From an uncultured Candidatus Saccharibacteria bacterium (GTDB lineage Bacteria; Patescibacteriota; JABMPQ01; JAQVVF01), in NCBI GenBank assembly GCA_964574655.1, contig CAZNOH010000004.1, forward strand, positions 2,046 through 66,045: DNA of 64,000 bases, given 5' to 3'. Positions within the stretch are counted from its first letter, which is position 1. The number at the start of each line of letters is the position of its first letter. Positions 9,836 to 19,545 of this stretch are shown in pieces. A program made the position numbers and the translations under genes. The notes beneath the pieces are model-generated. The model had not been told where the DNA came from. It was given only the letters and a program-made list of their open reading frames with translations, and ran no database searches.

Positions 9836-10267
9836 CTACACCCCAAGCTCTCCTAATTTTTCAGCTATTTCACTGCTATTTTTTTCAGTTGCTAATTTAT
9901 AAGTATTCCATTTTTCTTCATCCCAGATTTCCAAACGATTGAATAATCCAGCGATGATGACTTTTTTTGTGATTGATGAAAAATTTCGTAAATATTGCGG
10001 AACAATTATCCGACCATGGCTGTCTAATTTAACATCCATTGCACCTGCTAACATAAGTCTTGAAAATGCTCTGGTATTAGCTTGACTGATTGGCAAGCTG
10101 GCTAATTTGTTTGCAAGCTTTTCCCATTCTTCTTGAGTATAAAGAAATAAACAATTATCTAAACCTCGTGTAACAACAGCGCCTTTTTTTATTTGGGCGC
10201 GAAATTTGGAAGGAATTGCAAGACGGCCTCTGTCGTCAATTGAATGTTGATATTCGCCGATAAACAT
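9836..10267 (-). CDS. mraZ: Division/cell wall cluster transcriptional repressor MraZ
   Basis: MFIGEYQHSIDDRGRLAIP, DSHGRIIVP, RLEIW. Confidence 0.97.
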   Translation of the reverse strand: MFIGEYQHSIDDRGRLAIPSKFRAQIKKGAVVTRGLDNCLFLYTQEEWEKLANKLASLPISQANTRAFSRLMLAGAMDVKLDSHGRIIVPQYLRNFSSITKKVIIAGLFNRLEIWDEEKWNTYKLATEKNSSEIAEKLGELGV

Positions 10268-10310
10268 CAGAATAAAACTAAAAATATAAGAATGTTGTTA
10301 ACTGAAAATC

Positions 10311-10373
10311 TCCCATTTTGTCCCATTTTGTTCCATTTCAGGTTTATTATACGCCATTTATATACAGTGTCAA
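10311..10373 (-). promoter_or_regulatory. mraZ promoter and MraZ operator (three TGG(G/A)A boxes, 10-nt period)
   Basis: Minus strand TTGACA-16-TATAAT (10373-10346) followed by ATGGAAC/ATGGGAC/ATGGGAG repeats at 10311-10340. Confidence 0.75.
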
Positions 10374-10529
10374 TGCTCATGAAGAAATTTTCTGGTCGTC
10401 TTTAACCTTATTCTAGCCAAAATTACTGCATCTAAAGTTATCAACAACACAAATATTAAATATCGAATATTTTAAGTATTAAAAAACTGCCTCTTCAGAC
10501 AGTTTAATCTAAAAAATAATAACTAAAAT

Positions 10530-11147
10530 TTAACGAAATAATTTCATGCCAAATTCCTGTTCTTTTTTTCTATGTTTTTCATCTTTTAATTTGTCAACTA
10601 AGACTTTGTGTTTATTATCTAAAATGCTTTTCAAAAAACGATCTTCAATTTTCCTGCGATAGTTAAATTCCTTTTTGCTCATTATAGTATAATTCAATTC
10701 TTGTCCTTGCTGTTTTTCTAATTCATTAATAATTTTTACTAATTTATTTTTTTCAACATTGTCGCCAATAATTAGAATATCAACTCGACTGTCTGATCTG
10801 GTAAAAATTCCAGACAGCGCTGCAAAATCAATGCTTTGAATTTTTTTTATTTCATCTGCAACTTTTTCCTTAGAAACTATGTTTGCTTTTAAAACCAAAA
10901 CACTTAGCTCTTCAATAATATTGCATTCTTTATTGATTTTATAAAACTTTTTTTGATCTTTATCATAAGTCTTTAAAATTCCAACACTTGTTAAATTTTC
11001 TAGCTCTCTTCTTATTGAATTGATTCTTTCCTGTAATTTTCTGGTAATCTCACGAACATAAAAATCGCTGTTTGGGTTTTTAGCAAATAGACTTAAGATT
11101 TTAACTCTTGATTTAGAGCCAAATAGTTTTTCGAGAACGTTTTTCAT
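10530..11147 (-). CDS. Winged-helix DNA-binding protein with degenerate nucleotidyltransferase-like domain
   Basis: LFGSKSRVKIL...YVREI...IRRELENL wHTH; 'SRVDILIIGD' MNT-like C-terminus. Confidence 0.65.
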   Translation of the reverse strand: MKNVLEKLFGSKSRVKILSLFAKNPNSDFYVREITRKLQERINSIRRELENLTSVGILKTYDKDQKKFYKINKECNIIEELSVLVLKANIVSKEKVADEIKKIQSIDFAALSGIFTRSDSRVDILIIGDNVEKNKLVKIINELEKQQGQELNYTIMSKKEFNYRRKIEDRFLKSILDNKHKVLVDKLKDEKHRKKEQEFGMKLFR

Positions 11148-11431
11148 ATTATTATTTATCTGCCAACCGAAATGCTACAAGTTAAACTTGATAAATACGA
11201 TCGGCTGATAATAAATTGAACAGCTTGTATATTTCAGGCTAAAAATGCATAGAGGCTAGCTTTAAAAAATGTTATCATTTACAGTATAAAATGTCAACAT
11301 ATGCATGGTTTTTGCGTCTTGCAATATATTCTATGTAAGCTATAATTAAAATAGTAAAAAATTATATGCGAATATACGGATTCGTTGATTCGTAATTTGT
11401 AGCATTTGAATTGTTAAAGCAATTTTGTTTT

Positions 11432-13747
11432 ATGTCAATAATAAAGTACGAAAATTTAACGGTTCATGATATTTCAACTAATGAAACATTTAGCAAATCT
11501 TTTGTTTTTGATGCACCGAATAGAAAGTCAAATGAATTAGGAAAATTGGCTGTTGTAGTTGATATTAATATGAATACTGATTTTGCTTCAAAAATGTCGG
11601 AGATTATTTCTGATTGCATTAAACAAGAATATTTCAGATTCAGGTCTTCAGAAAATAAGATGATGATGCTTGGCCATTTTGAATCTGCATTAAGCAAGCT
11701 GAATCAGGCATTATCAACATTAGCAGCCGAAGGCTATGTAGAATGGATTGATAAATTACATGTCGGAATCGCTGCTTTGAGTTTGAATAAAATTCATTTG
11801 GCTTATACAGGATCAACAAAGATATTTTTATATAGACAAAATGAAGCAATAGACATAACTTCAGGTCCGACATCTTCGCAGTCTAATCCGATGAAAACTT
11901 TCATTAATGTTGTTTCTGGAGATATGCAAATCAATGATAAGTTATTGATGGTTTCTCCAAATTTTTTGAAATATTTTTCTTTAGAAAAAGTAAAAAGAAC
12001 CTTATCACAATTCTCTGCCAAAGATTCAATTTCTAATTTCAAAAACTTATTGCAAAATTTTGATAATTCGGCTTTATCGGCTGTTGTCTTGGAACTAAAA
12101 GATGAAAAGGAAGCCTATGAAGAAAATTTTGATTTTTTGAAAAAACCAAGAAGACAAACAATTGAAGATTTAATTAATGAACGTTCTGATAAGAATAACC
12201 CAACATCAGCTGAGGAAGAAAAACCGACACCAGCAGTTCGACCTGTCAATTCCGAAGATTGCAAGGTCTATAATTATCATGAGGCAAAACAAAAAAGCCC
12301 AGCCTTGAATATTGATTCTGATAATGATGTTTTAAAAACTTTGCCGAAAAGGAAAAAAAACGGATCTGGTTTTGAAAAATATACTGAACTAGCAAAAGAT
12401 AATATTTTGAGATTCAAAGATTATGCTTTGCCTGTTTTTGAAAAAGTCGTTGGCTCAATTAAATCATTGAAACCAAAATCAAAAGTTCCGGAAAAAAGAA
12501 TTTTGAGCCGAAAAGCAATTTCGACTCGTTCCTATTTATCTCCCAGAATTCTGCCTTCTGAAAACAAACTGCCAAAATTAGGATTAGATAAATTAAAAAA
12601 TGTTTTTACTAATGCATTTTCTTTTGTAGCTGGTTTGCCTACAAAATCAAAAATGATTTTAGGCGGAATTTTGAGTGTTAGTTTAATTTTAGGATTTAGC
12701 ATATTCTTTCATTCAAATAGTCCGGAGCAAAAAGATATAACTGCAACTAAAAAAGTTGATGAAAATTCAATTGTTCAAGCGCAAGATTTGAATAAAAAAG
12801 CTTCAGATGCCTTGATTTATAATGATAATGAAAAAGCAAAAGGATTTTTAATGGAAGCAACTTTGATTTTAAATGATGCAAAAAAAGATAAAAAATATCA
12901 GAAAGATGCTGAAGATTTATTGAAGAGCGTCACAACTCAGCTTGATAAAATTAATAATGTTACTAGATTAAGCAGTTTAGATGCTATTCCTTTGCCAGCT
13001 GATTTTACGGCAAAAGGAATATTGGGACTAGGCGGAAAATTATATTCTTACGACGAAAATAAAGGCGAGGTTTATTTAATTAATGAAAGTAAAAAATCTC
13101 TAGAAAAAACATCTAAGGAATCTAATGGAATCGGCAACTTAAAATATGGAGCGGTAAATTTATTCAAAGATTATATTGAATTTTTGACTGATTCAAATTC
13201 TGTTTCTGAATTTGTCTTAGATGATAATAATATTTATAAAATTGATTTTACTTTAGATCCAAAAGAGAAAGTCACAGCTTTTGCAAATTACTTTGATGCT
13301 TTGTATGTTCTTGATTCTACTAATAATCAAATCTGGAAACATCAAAGAACAATTGATGGCTATAATAAAGGAGAAGAGTGGTTAGAAGGCTTAGATAATG
13401 GAATTAAAGATGCAAATTCATTTGCGATTGACGGCAGTATTTATGTTCTAAAAGATAGTGGCGAGATTGTGAGCTTTTTGTCTGGAAAAAAGGAAGACTT
13501 TTCTGTTAAAAATTTAGATAAATCTTTTGCAGGTGGCAGTAAGATATTTACTTTATTAGACTATGATAATTTGTATGTTTTAGATCCAGCTAACGAAAGA
13601 TTGGCTGTCTTGGATAAAAATGGAAATGTTTTGAAACAATATGCAAATTCGGATTTCAAAAATGCAAAAGATATTTATGTTGATGAAAGCAAAAACAAAG
13701 GATATGTTTTGAGTAATAATAAAGTGCTGACTTCCGATTTAAAATAA
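11432..13747 (+). CDS. Hypothetical membrane protein (PP2C-like fold N-terminus, TM, beta-propeller C-terminus)
   Basis: Long ORF; central TM; 'FAIDGSIYVL', 'LYVLDPANERL' NHL-like blades. Confidence 0.6.
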   Translation: MSIIKYENLTVHDISTNETFSKSFVFDAPNRKSNELGKLAVVVDINMNTDFASKMSEIISDCIKQEYFRFRSSENKMMMLGHFESALSKLNQALSTLAAEGYVEWIDKLHVGIAALSLNKIHLAYTGSTKIFLYRQNEAIDITSGPTSSQSNPMKTFINVVSGDMQINDKLLMVSPNFLKYFSLEKVKRTLSQFSAKDSISNFKNLLQNFDNSALSAVVLELKDEKEAYEENFDFLKKPRRQTIEDLINERSDKNNPTSAEEEKPTPAVRPVNSEDCKVYNYHEAKQKSPALNIDSDNDVLKTLPKRKKNGSGFEKYTELAKDNILRFKDYALPVFEKVVGSIKSLKPKSKVPEKRILSRKAISTRSYLSPRILPSENKLPKLGLDKLKNVFTNAFSFVAGLPTKSKMILGGILSVSLILGFSIFFHSNSPEQKDITATKKVDENSIVQAQDLNKKASDALIYNDNEKAKGFLMEATLILNDAKKDKKYQKDAEDLLKSVTTQLDKINNVTRLSSLDAIPLPADFTAKGILGLGGKLYSYDENKGEVYLINESKKSLEKTSKESNGIGNLKYGAVNLFKDYIEFLTDSNSVSEFVLDDNNIYKIDFTLDPKEKVTAFANYFDALYVLDSTNNQIWKHQRTIDGYNKGEEWLEGLDNGIKDANSFAIDGSIYVLKDSGEIVSFLSGKKEDFSVKNLDKSFAGGSKIFTLLDYDNLYVLDPANERLAVLDKNGNVLKQYANSDFKNAKDIYVDESKNKGYVLSNNKVLTSDLK

Positions 13748-13776
13748 AGATATAAAAAATTAATTAATCAAAATTT

Positions 13777-14013
13777 ATGTCGGAAGTGCTAACTGGTATC
13801 CCCGAGAATGTGAAGAATGAAGAGAAAAATATCGAACTTACACCGGAACAGGAACAAAGCGTTGAAGCTTTGACGGATAGGATAAGATCACTTTTGAATG
13901 ATTATTCAACTCATAAATTATCGCGCAATGGTGCAGAAACAAGGATAACCTATATTGAAAGCGCTTTAAGAAAAGAACTCGACGAAATCGACAAAAAGAG
14001 ACAAACGAACTAA
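13777..14013 (+). CDS. Hypothetical protein
   Basis: 78-aa ORF after the upstream gene, followed by a terminator. Confidence 0.5.
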   Translation: MSEVLTGIPENVKNEEKNIELTPEQEQSVEALTDRIRSLLNDYSTHKLSRNGAETRITYIESALRKELDEIDKKRQTN

Positions 14014-14024
14014 TCTCGATAAAC

Positions 14025-14055
14025 AAAAACCGAGGCATTAAAGTCTCGGTTTTTT
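14025..14055. terminator. Bidirectional intrinsic terminator
   Basis: AAAAACCGAGGC-ATTAAA-GTCTCGGTTTTTT between convergent genes. Confidence 0.7.
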
Positions 14056-14077
14056 AGTATTTGTAAATTCTGCAAAA

Positions 14078-14113
14078 AAGAGGTCCGACCTCCCGCTGGA
14101 GGTCGGACCTCTT
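14078..14113. repeat. Perfect GC-rich hairpin AAGAGGTCCGACCTCC/GGAGGTCGGACCTCTT (REP-like)
   Basis: 16-bp perfect stem downstream of rplL. Confidence 0.6.
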
Positions 14114-14151
14114 ACGTAATTCGCGATTACATTCGCGAAATTCGTACGATA

Positions 14152-14598
14152 TTATTTTAATTCAACTGTAGCGCCGGCTGTTTCTAATTTCTTTTTCAAT
14201 TCTTCTGCTTCAGCCTTAGCAACTTTTTCTTTAATAACTACTGGAGCTTTATCAATCATGTCTTTAGCTTCTTTAAGACCCTTGCCTGTAATTTCTTTTA
14301 CAGCTTTGATAACTTGGATCTTTTGATCGCCGACAGCCTTCAATTCAATGTTGAATTCTGTTTTTTCTTCAGCTTCACCTGCTTCGGAACCTGCAGCACC
14401 TGGCATAGCCATGCTCATTGGAGCAGCTGCTGATACACCGAATTTTTCTTCTAGAACTTTGACTAATTCAGAAAGTTCTAAAACTGACATTTTTTCAATT
14501 CCTTCTACTAAGGTTTTGAATTTTTCTGGAACTACGACGTCTTTTTTTTCAGAAACCTTTTCTTCAACTTTAGCTTCTACTTTTTTTTCTTCTGCCAT
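14152..14598 (-). CDS. rplL: 50S ribosomal protein L7/L12
   Basis: [30 protein letters not shown]. Confidence 0.97.
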   Translation of the reverse strand: MAEEKKVEAKVEEKVSEKKDVVVPEKFKTLVEGIEKMSVLELSELVKVLEEKFGVSAAAPMSMAMPGAAGSEAGEAEEKTEFNIELKAVGDQKIQVIKAVKEITGKGLKEAKDMIDKAPVVIKEKVAKAEAEELKKKLETAGATVELK

Positions 14599-14736
14599 AA
14601 ATTTATTGTGGTTTATTAGTTAATTAGTTTATTAGTTAATTAGGAAACTGATTAAGATAGCCTAATCAACTAATATAACTAATTAAACTAATCAAACTTT
14701 ATTATTAATTTAGTTATTTAGTTATTTATAATTTAG

Positions 14737-15258
14737 TTATTTCTTGTCTTTCACGGCGCTTAATACATTAATAAGGCCTCGCAAGTTACCTGCCAACACG
14801 TTAACAAAACCAGTGATTGGAGCTTTGATAGTACCAACAGTTCTTGCAAGCATTTCTTCTTTTGAAGGAAGCTTGGCTAAATTCACGACTTCTTTGCTTG
14901 AAAGCAATGCCTTGCCTAAAATACCACCTAATAATTGCATTACCTTGTGCTTTTTAGCAAATTGATGCAAGATCTTTGCTCCTGCTACTTCATCAGCATA
15001 TCCGAAAGCTACTGCGTTTGGTCCTTTAAATTTTTCTAATTTAACATCTTTTAGATCTGAATTTTTCAATGCTAATTCGAATAAAGAATTTTTAACAACC
15101 GATACTTCAACATCTTGTTTCTTAGCTTCTTTTTTTAGCTCTCTGACTTCATTAACTTTCAAACCTGTAAAATTAGCAAAAACTAATGATTTTGCTTTGT
15201 TGAGCTTGTCAGTTGTTTCTTTGACCATCTTTTCTTTTTGTTCTCTTGTTTTGGCCAT
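14737..15258 (-). CDS. rplJ: 50S ribosomal protein L10
   Basis: VVKNSL, GPNAVAF, LAKLPSKEEM; upstream of rplL. Confidence 0.96.
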   Translation of the reverse strand: MAKTREQKEKMVKETTDKLNKAKSLVFANFTGLKVNEVRELKKEAKKQDVEVSVVKNSLFELALKNSDLKDVKLEKFKGPNAVAFGYADEVAGAKILHQFAKKHKVMQLLGGILGKALLSSKEVVNLAKLPSKEEMLARTVGTIKAPITGFVNVLAGNLRGLINVLSAVKDKK

Positions 15259-15302
15259 ATATTTTTAATTAAAAATCTAAAATCTAAAGTCTAAAATAAA
15301 AA

Positions 15303-15422
15303 TCTACGGTTTTGCCGTAGGAAATAATATTTTAATATAACATTAGAATATTGAATGTTTTCCTCGGCAAGATTTATCCCGCACATAAAGCGTTATGTGC
15401 TGAACTTGCTGTCTTTGGACTT
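15303..15422 (-). ncRNA. L10 leader (rplJL autoregulatory RNA)
   Basis: Minus strand CCAAAGACAGCAAG...TAAATCTTGCCGAGG core upstream of rplJ, then hairpin CTACGG-CAAAA-CCGTAG-T tract. Confidence 0.7.
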
Positions 15423-15518
15423 GTCCTCCGGAGTCTAGCAAGACGGAGGAGGATTAAATTAACTTGTAACTATATTTTAGCAAGAAATATTGCATTGTCA
15501 AGAGAAAAAGAAAATATA

Positions 15519-15547
15519 TTGACAATTCTGTCTTAAAGGTGTATATT
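15519..15547 (+). promoter_or_regulatory. sigma70-type promoter
   Basis: TTGACA-17-TATATT upstream of ORF 15594 with AGGAGG SD. Confidence 0.65.
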
Positions 15548-15593
15548 TTAATGTTGTGGATGGACTTCCGGAAAGGCAGAACAGGAGGAAGAG

Positions 15594-15929
15594 ATGAAAG
15601 AAACGCTCGCGGTTTTTATTGGCATGCTGCCAATCATCTTTTGTGTTGTTGGCATCATTAGTGCTTCTTACGCAGTTATGCTTCTGTTGTACATTAAATC
15701 AGAGAAGTTCATGCAAATACGACGCTATGTAGCCATGCTCATTATATCCAGCGTTGTTGCTTCAACAGCTGGTTTTTTCATGGTATTCAATCAGTGGAAG
15801 GATGACATAGCTATTTTGTCAAATGCAAAACAATCTTGCGATGTAGAAATGCAGAATTGCAAAGAAAAAATTCGAGGAACAATTATTAATTTACATGGCT
15901 TAGACAGGCAATCTCTTGGGATCCGCTAA
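15594..15929 (+). CDS. Hypothetical membrane protein
   Basis: Two hydrophobic segments; strong SD; own promoter and terminator (~15970-15993). Confidence 0.65.
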   Translation: MKETLAVFIGMLPIIFCVVGIISASYAVMLLLYIKSEKFMQIRRYVAMLIISSVVASTAGFFMVFNQWKDDIAILSNAKQSCDVEMQNCKEKIRGTIINLHGLDRQSLGIR

Positions 15930-16080
15930 CTTCACCCCCCCCTATCAAGCTGAATGACTGTTCTTTCTTTACCCTATTTAGTTAGGGTTTTTTATTGACA
16001 AAAATATATGAAATTGGTATTATGATGCTTGCATTGTTCAAATTGCCCTTCATAAAAAAGAAGGACGAGGAGGTCAGGAT

Positions 16081-16566
16081 ATGAAAAAGACGGCGTTGAT
16101 TTTTTTGTTAATGTTTGTCACTTCTCCAGTTTTTGCAAAACCTCAAGTTCAATCTGCTTTTGTCAGCGCAAGGCGTGAAGCTTTCCAAAGCTCTTATGCG
16201 ATGTGTCAAGACAAAGGACTGGCAAGAGAGTTGGGATATGGTACTGGAATTTATATTGAGGACGGTACGGAAAAACCATTTGAATGGTATGCTTGGACTG
16301 TTATTGATGGTTTTGTTCAGTTCCAATTCAATGTTTTGGTGAGCTACGGTGATCGCTACAAAATTATGGTAGAAACTGATTCAATCTCTGACAGGCCTTG
16401 GGATGCAAGAAGTGAAGATTATGAAACCTGTCTTGGAATTGACAATTCATGGGCTTCTTGTTTGCAAAAAAATAATTGCAATTACAAAACAATCTTGGAT
16501 AGCTATTTGGTAAAATTTGAGCGATTTATTTATTTCAAGGAAATGAAAGTAAATGCCTATTACTGA
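16081..16566 (+). CDS. Hypothetical secreted protein
   Basis: Signal peptide MKKTALIFLLMFVTSPVFA; AGGAGGT SD; TTGACA-17-TATTAT promoter at ~15995. Confidence 0.7.
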   Translation: MKKTALIFLLMFVTSPVFAKPQVQSAFVSARREAFQSSYAMCQDKGLARELGYGTGIYIEDGTEKPFEWYAWTVIDGFVQFQFNVLVSYGDRYKIMVETDSISDRPWDARSEDYETCLGIDNSWASCLQKNNCNYKTILDSYLVKFERFIYFKEMKVNAYY

Positions 16567-16593
16567 TGCTTCAGTTCGAAAAGGAGGAAGGCA

Positions 16594-16821
16594 ATGCTGA
16601 CGTTGACAAGAAGGTCTGGCGAATCGATCATGATTGGCAATGATATTCGAATCGTTGTCCGTGAAATCAAGGGCAACCAAGTGAGAATCGGTATTGATGC
16701 GCCTAATAACGTTCCTATCTGGCGCGAAGAAATCTATGTGAAAATTCAAGACGAAAGTCAAGATCAAGGTCAACAAAATCAAGACAAAGATCTTGGAGTA
16801 ACTGCTCGCTTAGCACTTTAA
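16594..16821 (+). CDS. csrA: Carbon storage regulator CsrA/RsmA
   Basis: MLTLTRRSGESIMIGNDI...VRIGIDAP...IWREEI. Confidence 0.93.
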   Translation: MLTLTRRSGESIMIGNDIRIVVREIKGNQVRIGIDAPNNVPIWREEIYVKIQDESQDQGQQNQDKDLGVTARLAL

Positions 16822-16827
16822 AAAAAC

Positions 16828-16850
16828 AACCCTATTAACTAGGGTTTTTT
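16828..16850 (+). terminator. Intrinsic terminator after csrA
   Basis: AACCCTA-TTAAC-TAGGGTT-TTTT; similar to the hairpin at ~15970. Confidence 0.7.
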
Positions 16851-16884
16851 ATTTGCAAAAAATTATGACTCTAAATTTTTATTT

Positions 16885-18009
16885 CTAATTATCTAAATAT
16901 TTTTGTACATTTTTGACATGTTCCTCGCCTGTTTCACTAAAAATTGCCTTTCCTGATTTATCAGTAATGAAATACATATAATTACTTTCTGTTGGATTTA
17001 AAACAGCGTTGATTGCAACCAAGCTTGGATTGCTGATTGGACCTGGCGGTAATCCTTTATGCGTATAAGTATTGTATGGGCTTTTAATTTTTAAATCCTG
17101 AGCAGATGCGCGACTGTCATAATTTCCAGTAACATAAGTGATTGTTGAATCTGATTCTAGTGCTTTTTCTGCTTTGAGACGATTAAAATAAAGTCCGGAA
17201 ACTAGATTCATTTCTTCTGGCGATTTAACTTCTTTTTGAATAATTGATGCTAAAGTCAAAACTTGATTTAATGTCATGTTTTTGCTTTTCACCTGTTCTC
17301 TGATATCTTTAGTTACTTTTTGTCCAAAATTATCGAGCATTTTTTTAATTATTGTCTCTGGATTTGAATCTGCATAAACAAAATAAGTATCAGGATAAAG
17401 ATAACCTTCAAGGCTGGCATCTTTAGGCTTGTCAGCTAAAAAATCATAATTATATTTTTGCGGATTATTAACTTCTGCTAAAAATTTTTCTTGAAAATCT
17501 TTTTTTAATTCATCATACTTAACATTTCTGCTGGCGTTATTTTTTGCATATAAGTCGCCGAGATAATCGGCAATTTGTTTTGAATTCCAGCCCTCTATAA
17601 TAACTATTTTTTGTTGTTGAGAAGATTTATTGCCAGTAATCATTCTGGCAATATCAGCAATACTCATTTTTTGATTAAGTTCATATTTTCCCGGATTAAC
17701 CTTTTTATTAGCAAGCTTTAAGGAAACATAAGTTTTAAAATAGAATTCACTGCTTATTAAACCTTGATTATGCAAATCTTTGGCAAGATCTGAAACGCCT
17801 TCGCCTTTAGCAACATTGAATTCAATAAATTTGCTTGTCTTGCTATTTGATTGATAGAATTTAAAACTAAAAAAAGATGCTAGCAAAAAAAGAATTGCAA
17901 CAATGATAATTATTAATAATCCAAAAATATTATGCTCTTTTTGGAGATGTTTTGATGGCTTGTTGGTAAAAATATTATTTTTGTTGATTGCTTTTTTGAT
18001 GATATCCAT
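16885..18009 (-). CDS. mltG: Endolytic murein transglycosylase
   Basis: LEGYLYPDTY, LASIIQKE, SPYNTYTHKGLPPGPISNP, YMYF. Confidence 0.95.
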   Translation of the reverse strand: MDIIKKAINKNNIFTNKPSKHLQKEHNIFGLLIIIIVAILFLLASFFSFKFYQSNSKTSKFIEFNVAKGEGVSDLAKDLHNQGLISSEFYFKTYVSLKLANKKVNPGKYELNQKMSIADIARMITGNKSSQQQKIVIIEGWNSKQIADYLGDLYAKNNASRNVKYDELKKDFQEKFLAEVNNPQKYNYDFLADKPKDASLEGYLYPDTYFVYADSNPETIIKKMLDNFGQKVTKDIREQVKSKNMTLNQVLTLASIIQKEVKSPEEMNLVSGLYFNRLKAEKALESDSTITYVTGNYDSRASAQDLKIKSPYNTYTHKGLPPGPISNPSLVAINAVLNPTESNYMYFITDKSGKAIFSETGEEHVKNVQKYLDN

Positions 18010-18014
18010 GAGTG

Positions 18015-18178
18015 TTAATTTTTAATTTTCAATTTCTAATTTTTATTAAATTTCTAATTACCTAATTTCTAAAATATTTCAAGGATAGAATTAAATTTTA
18101 ATAAAAACAATATTCAAAACTGTTTGAAAATTATTCATTAATTATTTAATAGAAATTTAAAATTAGAAATTAGAAATT
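18015..18178. repeat. Empty heptamer-periodic inverted-repeat element
   Basis: AATTTCT/AGAAATT arms nearly identical to those at 4362-4492. Confidence 0.7.
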
Positions 18179-19264
18179 TTAGAGATATTGTTCTTTCTTT
18201 TTTTCTTTCAAGCTTTCAACTATTTTCTTAACATCCTGAGCTCTACTTTGTGGGCAGACTAACAAAGCATCAGGCGTATCAATAATAATCATATCATCTA
18301 CTCCAATTGTGGCAATTATCTTGTCCTTGGGACCGTAAACTAAACATCCAGTTGTATCAAGACCTTCCCATGTAGCTTTAACCATGTTTTTAGAAGCGTC
18401 TTGTTCTTTTGATAGCTGATCGTATAAAACATCCCAAGCACCAATATCGCTCCAGCCAAATTCACCCTTGATAATTAGGACATCTTTTGGATCCATTTTT
18501 TCAGTTATCGCATAATCAATTGAATCTTTAGGCATTTTTTTAAATTCTGCATCTGCTTTTTTCAGATCTTTGTTTTTTAATAATTCTTTAATTTTTGCTA
18601 AAGATTTATAGTGAACTGGAGAGTATTTTTTGTAGGCTTCTAGAAATAATTTTGGAGTCCACATATAAAAATTAGCATGCCATAAATAATCGCCGGCTTT
18701 TAAATAGCGCTCGGCAGTTTTGTAATCTGGTTTTTCAACATGTCCTTTGAATTCAAAAATTTTGATGCCATTTGTTTCAGAGTGCTTCTTGCCAATATGA
18801 GTATAGCCTAATACAGTACTTGGAAAATTTGGAGAAATAGCAATATCCATCATCTTGCCAGTTTTATCAATTATTTTAGACGCTAACTTGAGAGATTGAA
18901 TGAATTTTTTAACATCAGCAATATAATGATCTGATGGAATAAAAACCATTGGATCATTTGGAAATTTGTTGTCTAAATAAGCAGCGACAAATCCCATAGC
19001 TGGAGCAGTATCTCTTTTTTCTGGTTCAACAATAATATTTTCTTTACTAATCTTTGGAAAAATCTTTTTGATAATTTTGGCGAATTTTTGATTGGTGGAG
19101 AAATAGATATCTTCTTTTTTGAAGTCATTCAAAAATCTTTCATACGTTAATTCAATCATTGTCTTTTCAGAAATAATTTTGCTGAATTGTTTTGGAGTTG
19201 CTTCTCTGCTTTGAGGCCAAAATCTAGTGCCTGTTCCTCCTGCTAAGATAACGATTTTGAGCAT
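18179..19264 (-). CDS. manC: Mannose-1-phosphate guanylyltransferase
   Basis: ILAGGTGTRFWPQSR, PKQF, EPEKRDTAPA, PSDH, VEKP, SIDYA, GWSDIGAW. Confidence 0.9.
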   Translation of the reverse strand: MLKIVILAGGTGTRFWPQSREATPKQFSKIISEKTMIELTYERFLNDFKKEDIYFSTNQKFAKIIKKIFPKISKENIIVEPEKRDTAPAMGFVAAYLDNKFPNDPMVFIPSDHYIADVKKFIQSLKLASKIIDKTGKMMDIAISPNFPSTVLGYTHIGKKHSETNGIKIFEFKGHVEKPDYKTAERYLKAGDYLWHANFYMWTPKLFLEAYKKYSPVHYKSLAKIKELLKNKDLKKADAEFKKMPKDSIDYAITEKMDPKDVLIIKGEFGWSDIGAWDVLYDQLSKEQDASKNMVKATWEGLDTTGCLVYGPKDKIIATIGVDDMIIIDTPDALLVCPQSRAQDVKKIVESLKEKKKEQYL

Positions 19265-19276
19265 AAATTTGAAATT

Positions 19277-19368
19277 AAATTACAAATCCCAAATTCCAAA
19301 CAAATCACAAATTCCAAATTACAAAATGTTTGAATATTACAATTTGCAATTTGTTTGGGATTTGGAAC
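19277..19368. repeat. Empty heptamer inverted-repeat element (CAAATTC/GAATTTG type)
   Basis: AAATTAC/AAATCCC/AAATTCC units then reverse-complement arm; sister element at ~26654-26771. Confidence 0.65.
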
Positions 19369-19545
19369 TTTTTTATTGGTTATTCGATATTGTTATTTTA
19401 CCAGAATAACAAAAATGAGACAATAAATAAAAAAAACTCGACACTGAATCGAGTTTTAAGGTTCTACCGCCCTTTAGGGCGGGTTGGGGAAACTTTAGTT
19501 TCCAGCGATTTTGATAACTAAAAACTAAAGTTTTTTCGACCCCAA

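Noticed and set aside
19227-19521. Short ORFs of 60 and 63 aa
   Set aside because: They translate heptamer repeat DNA (SQIPNKSQIPN) and lack start signals.
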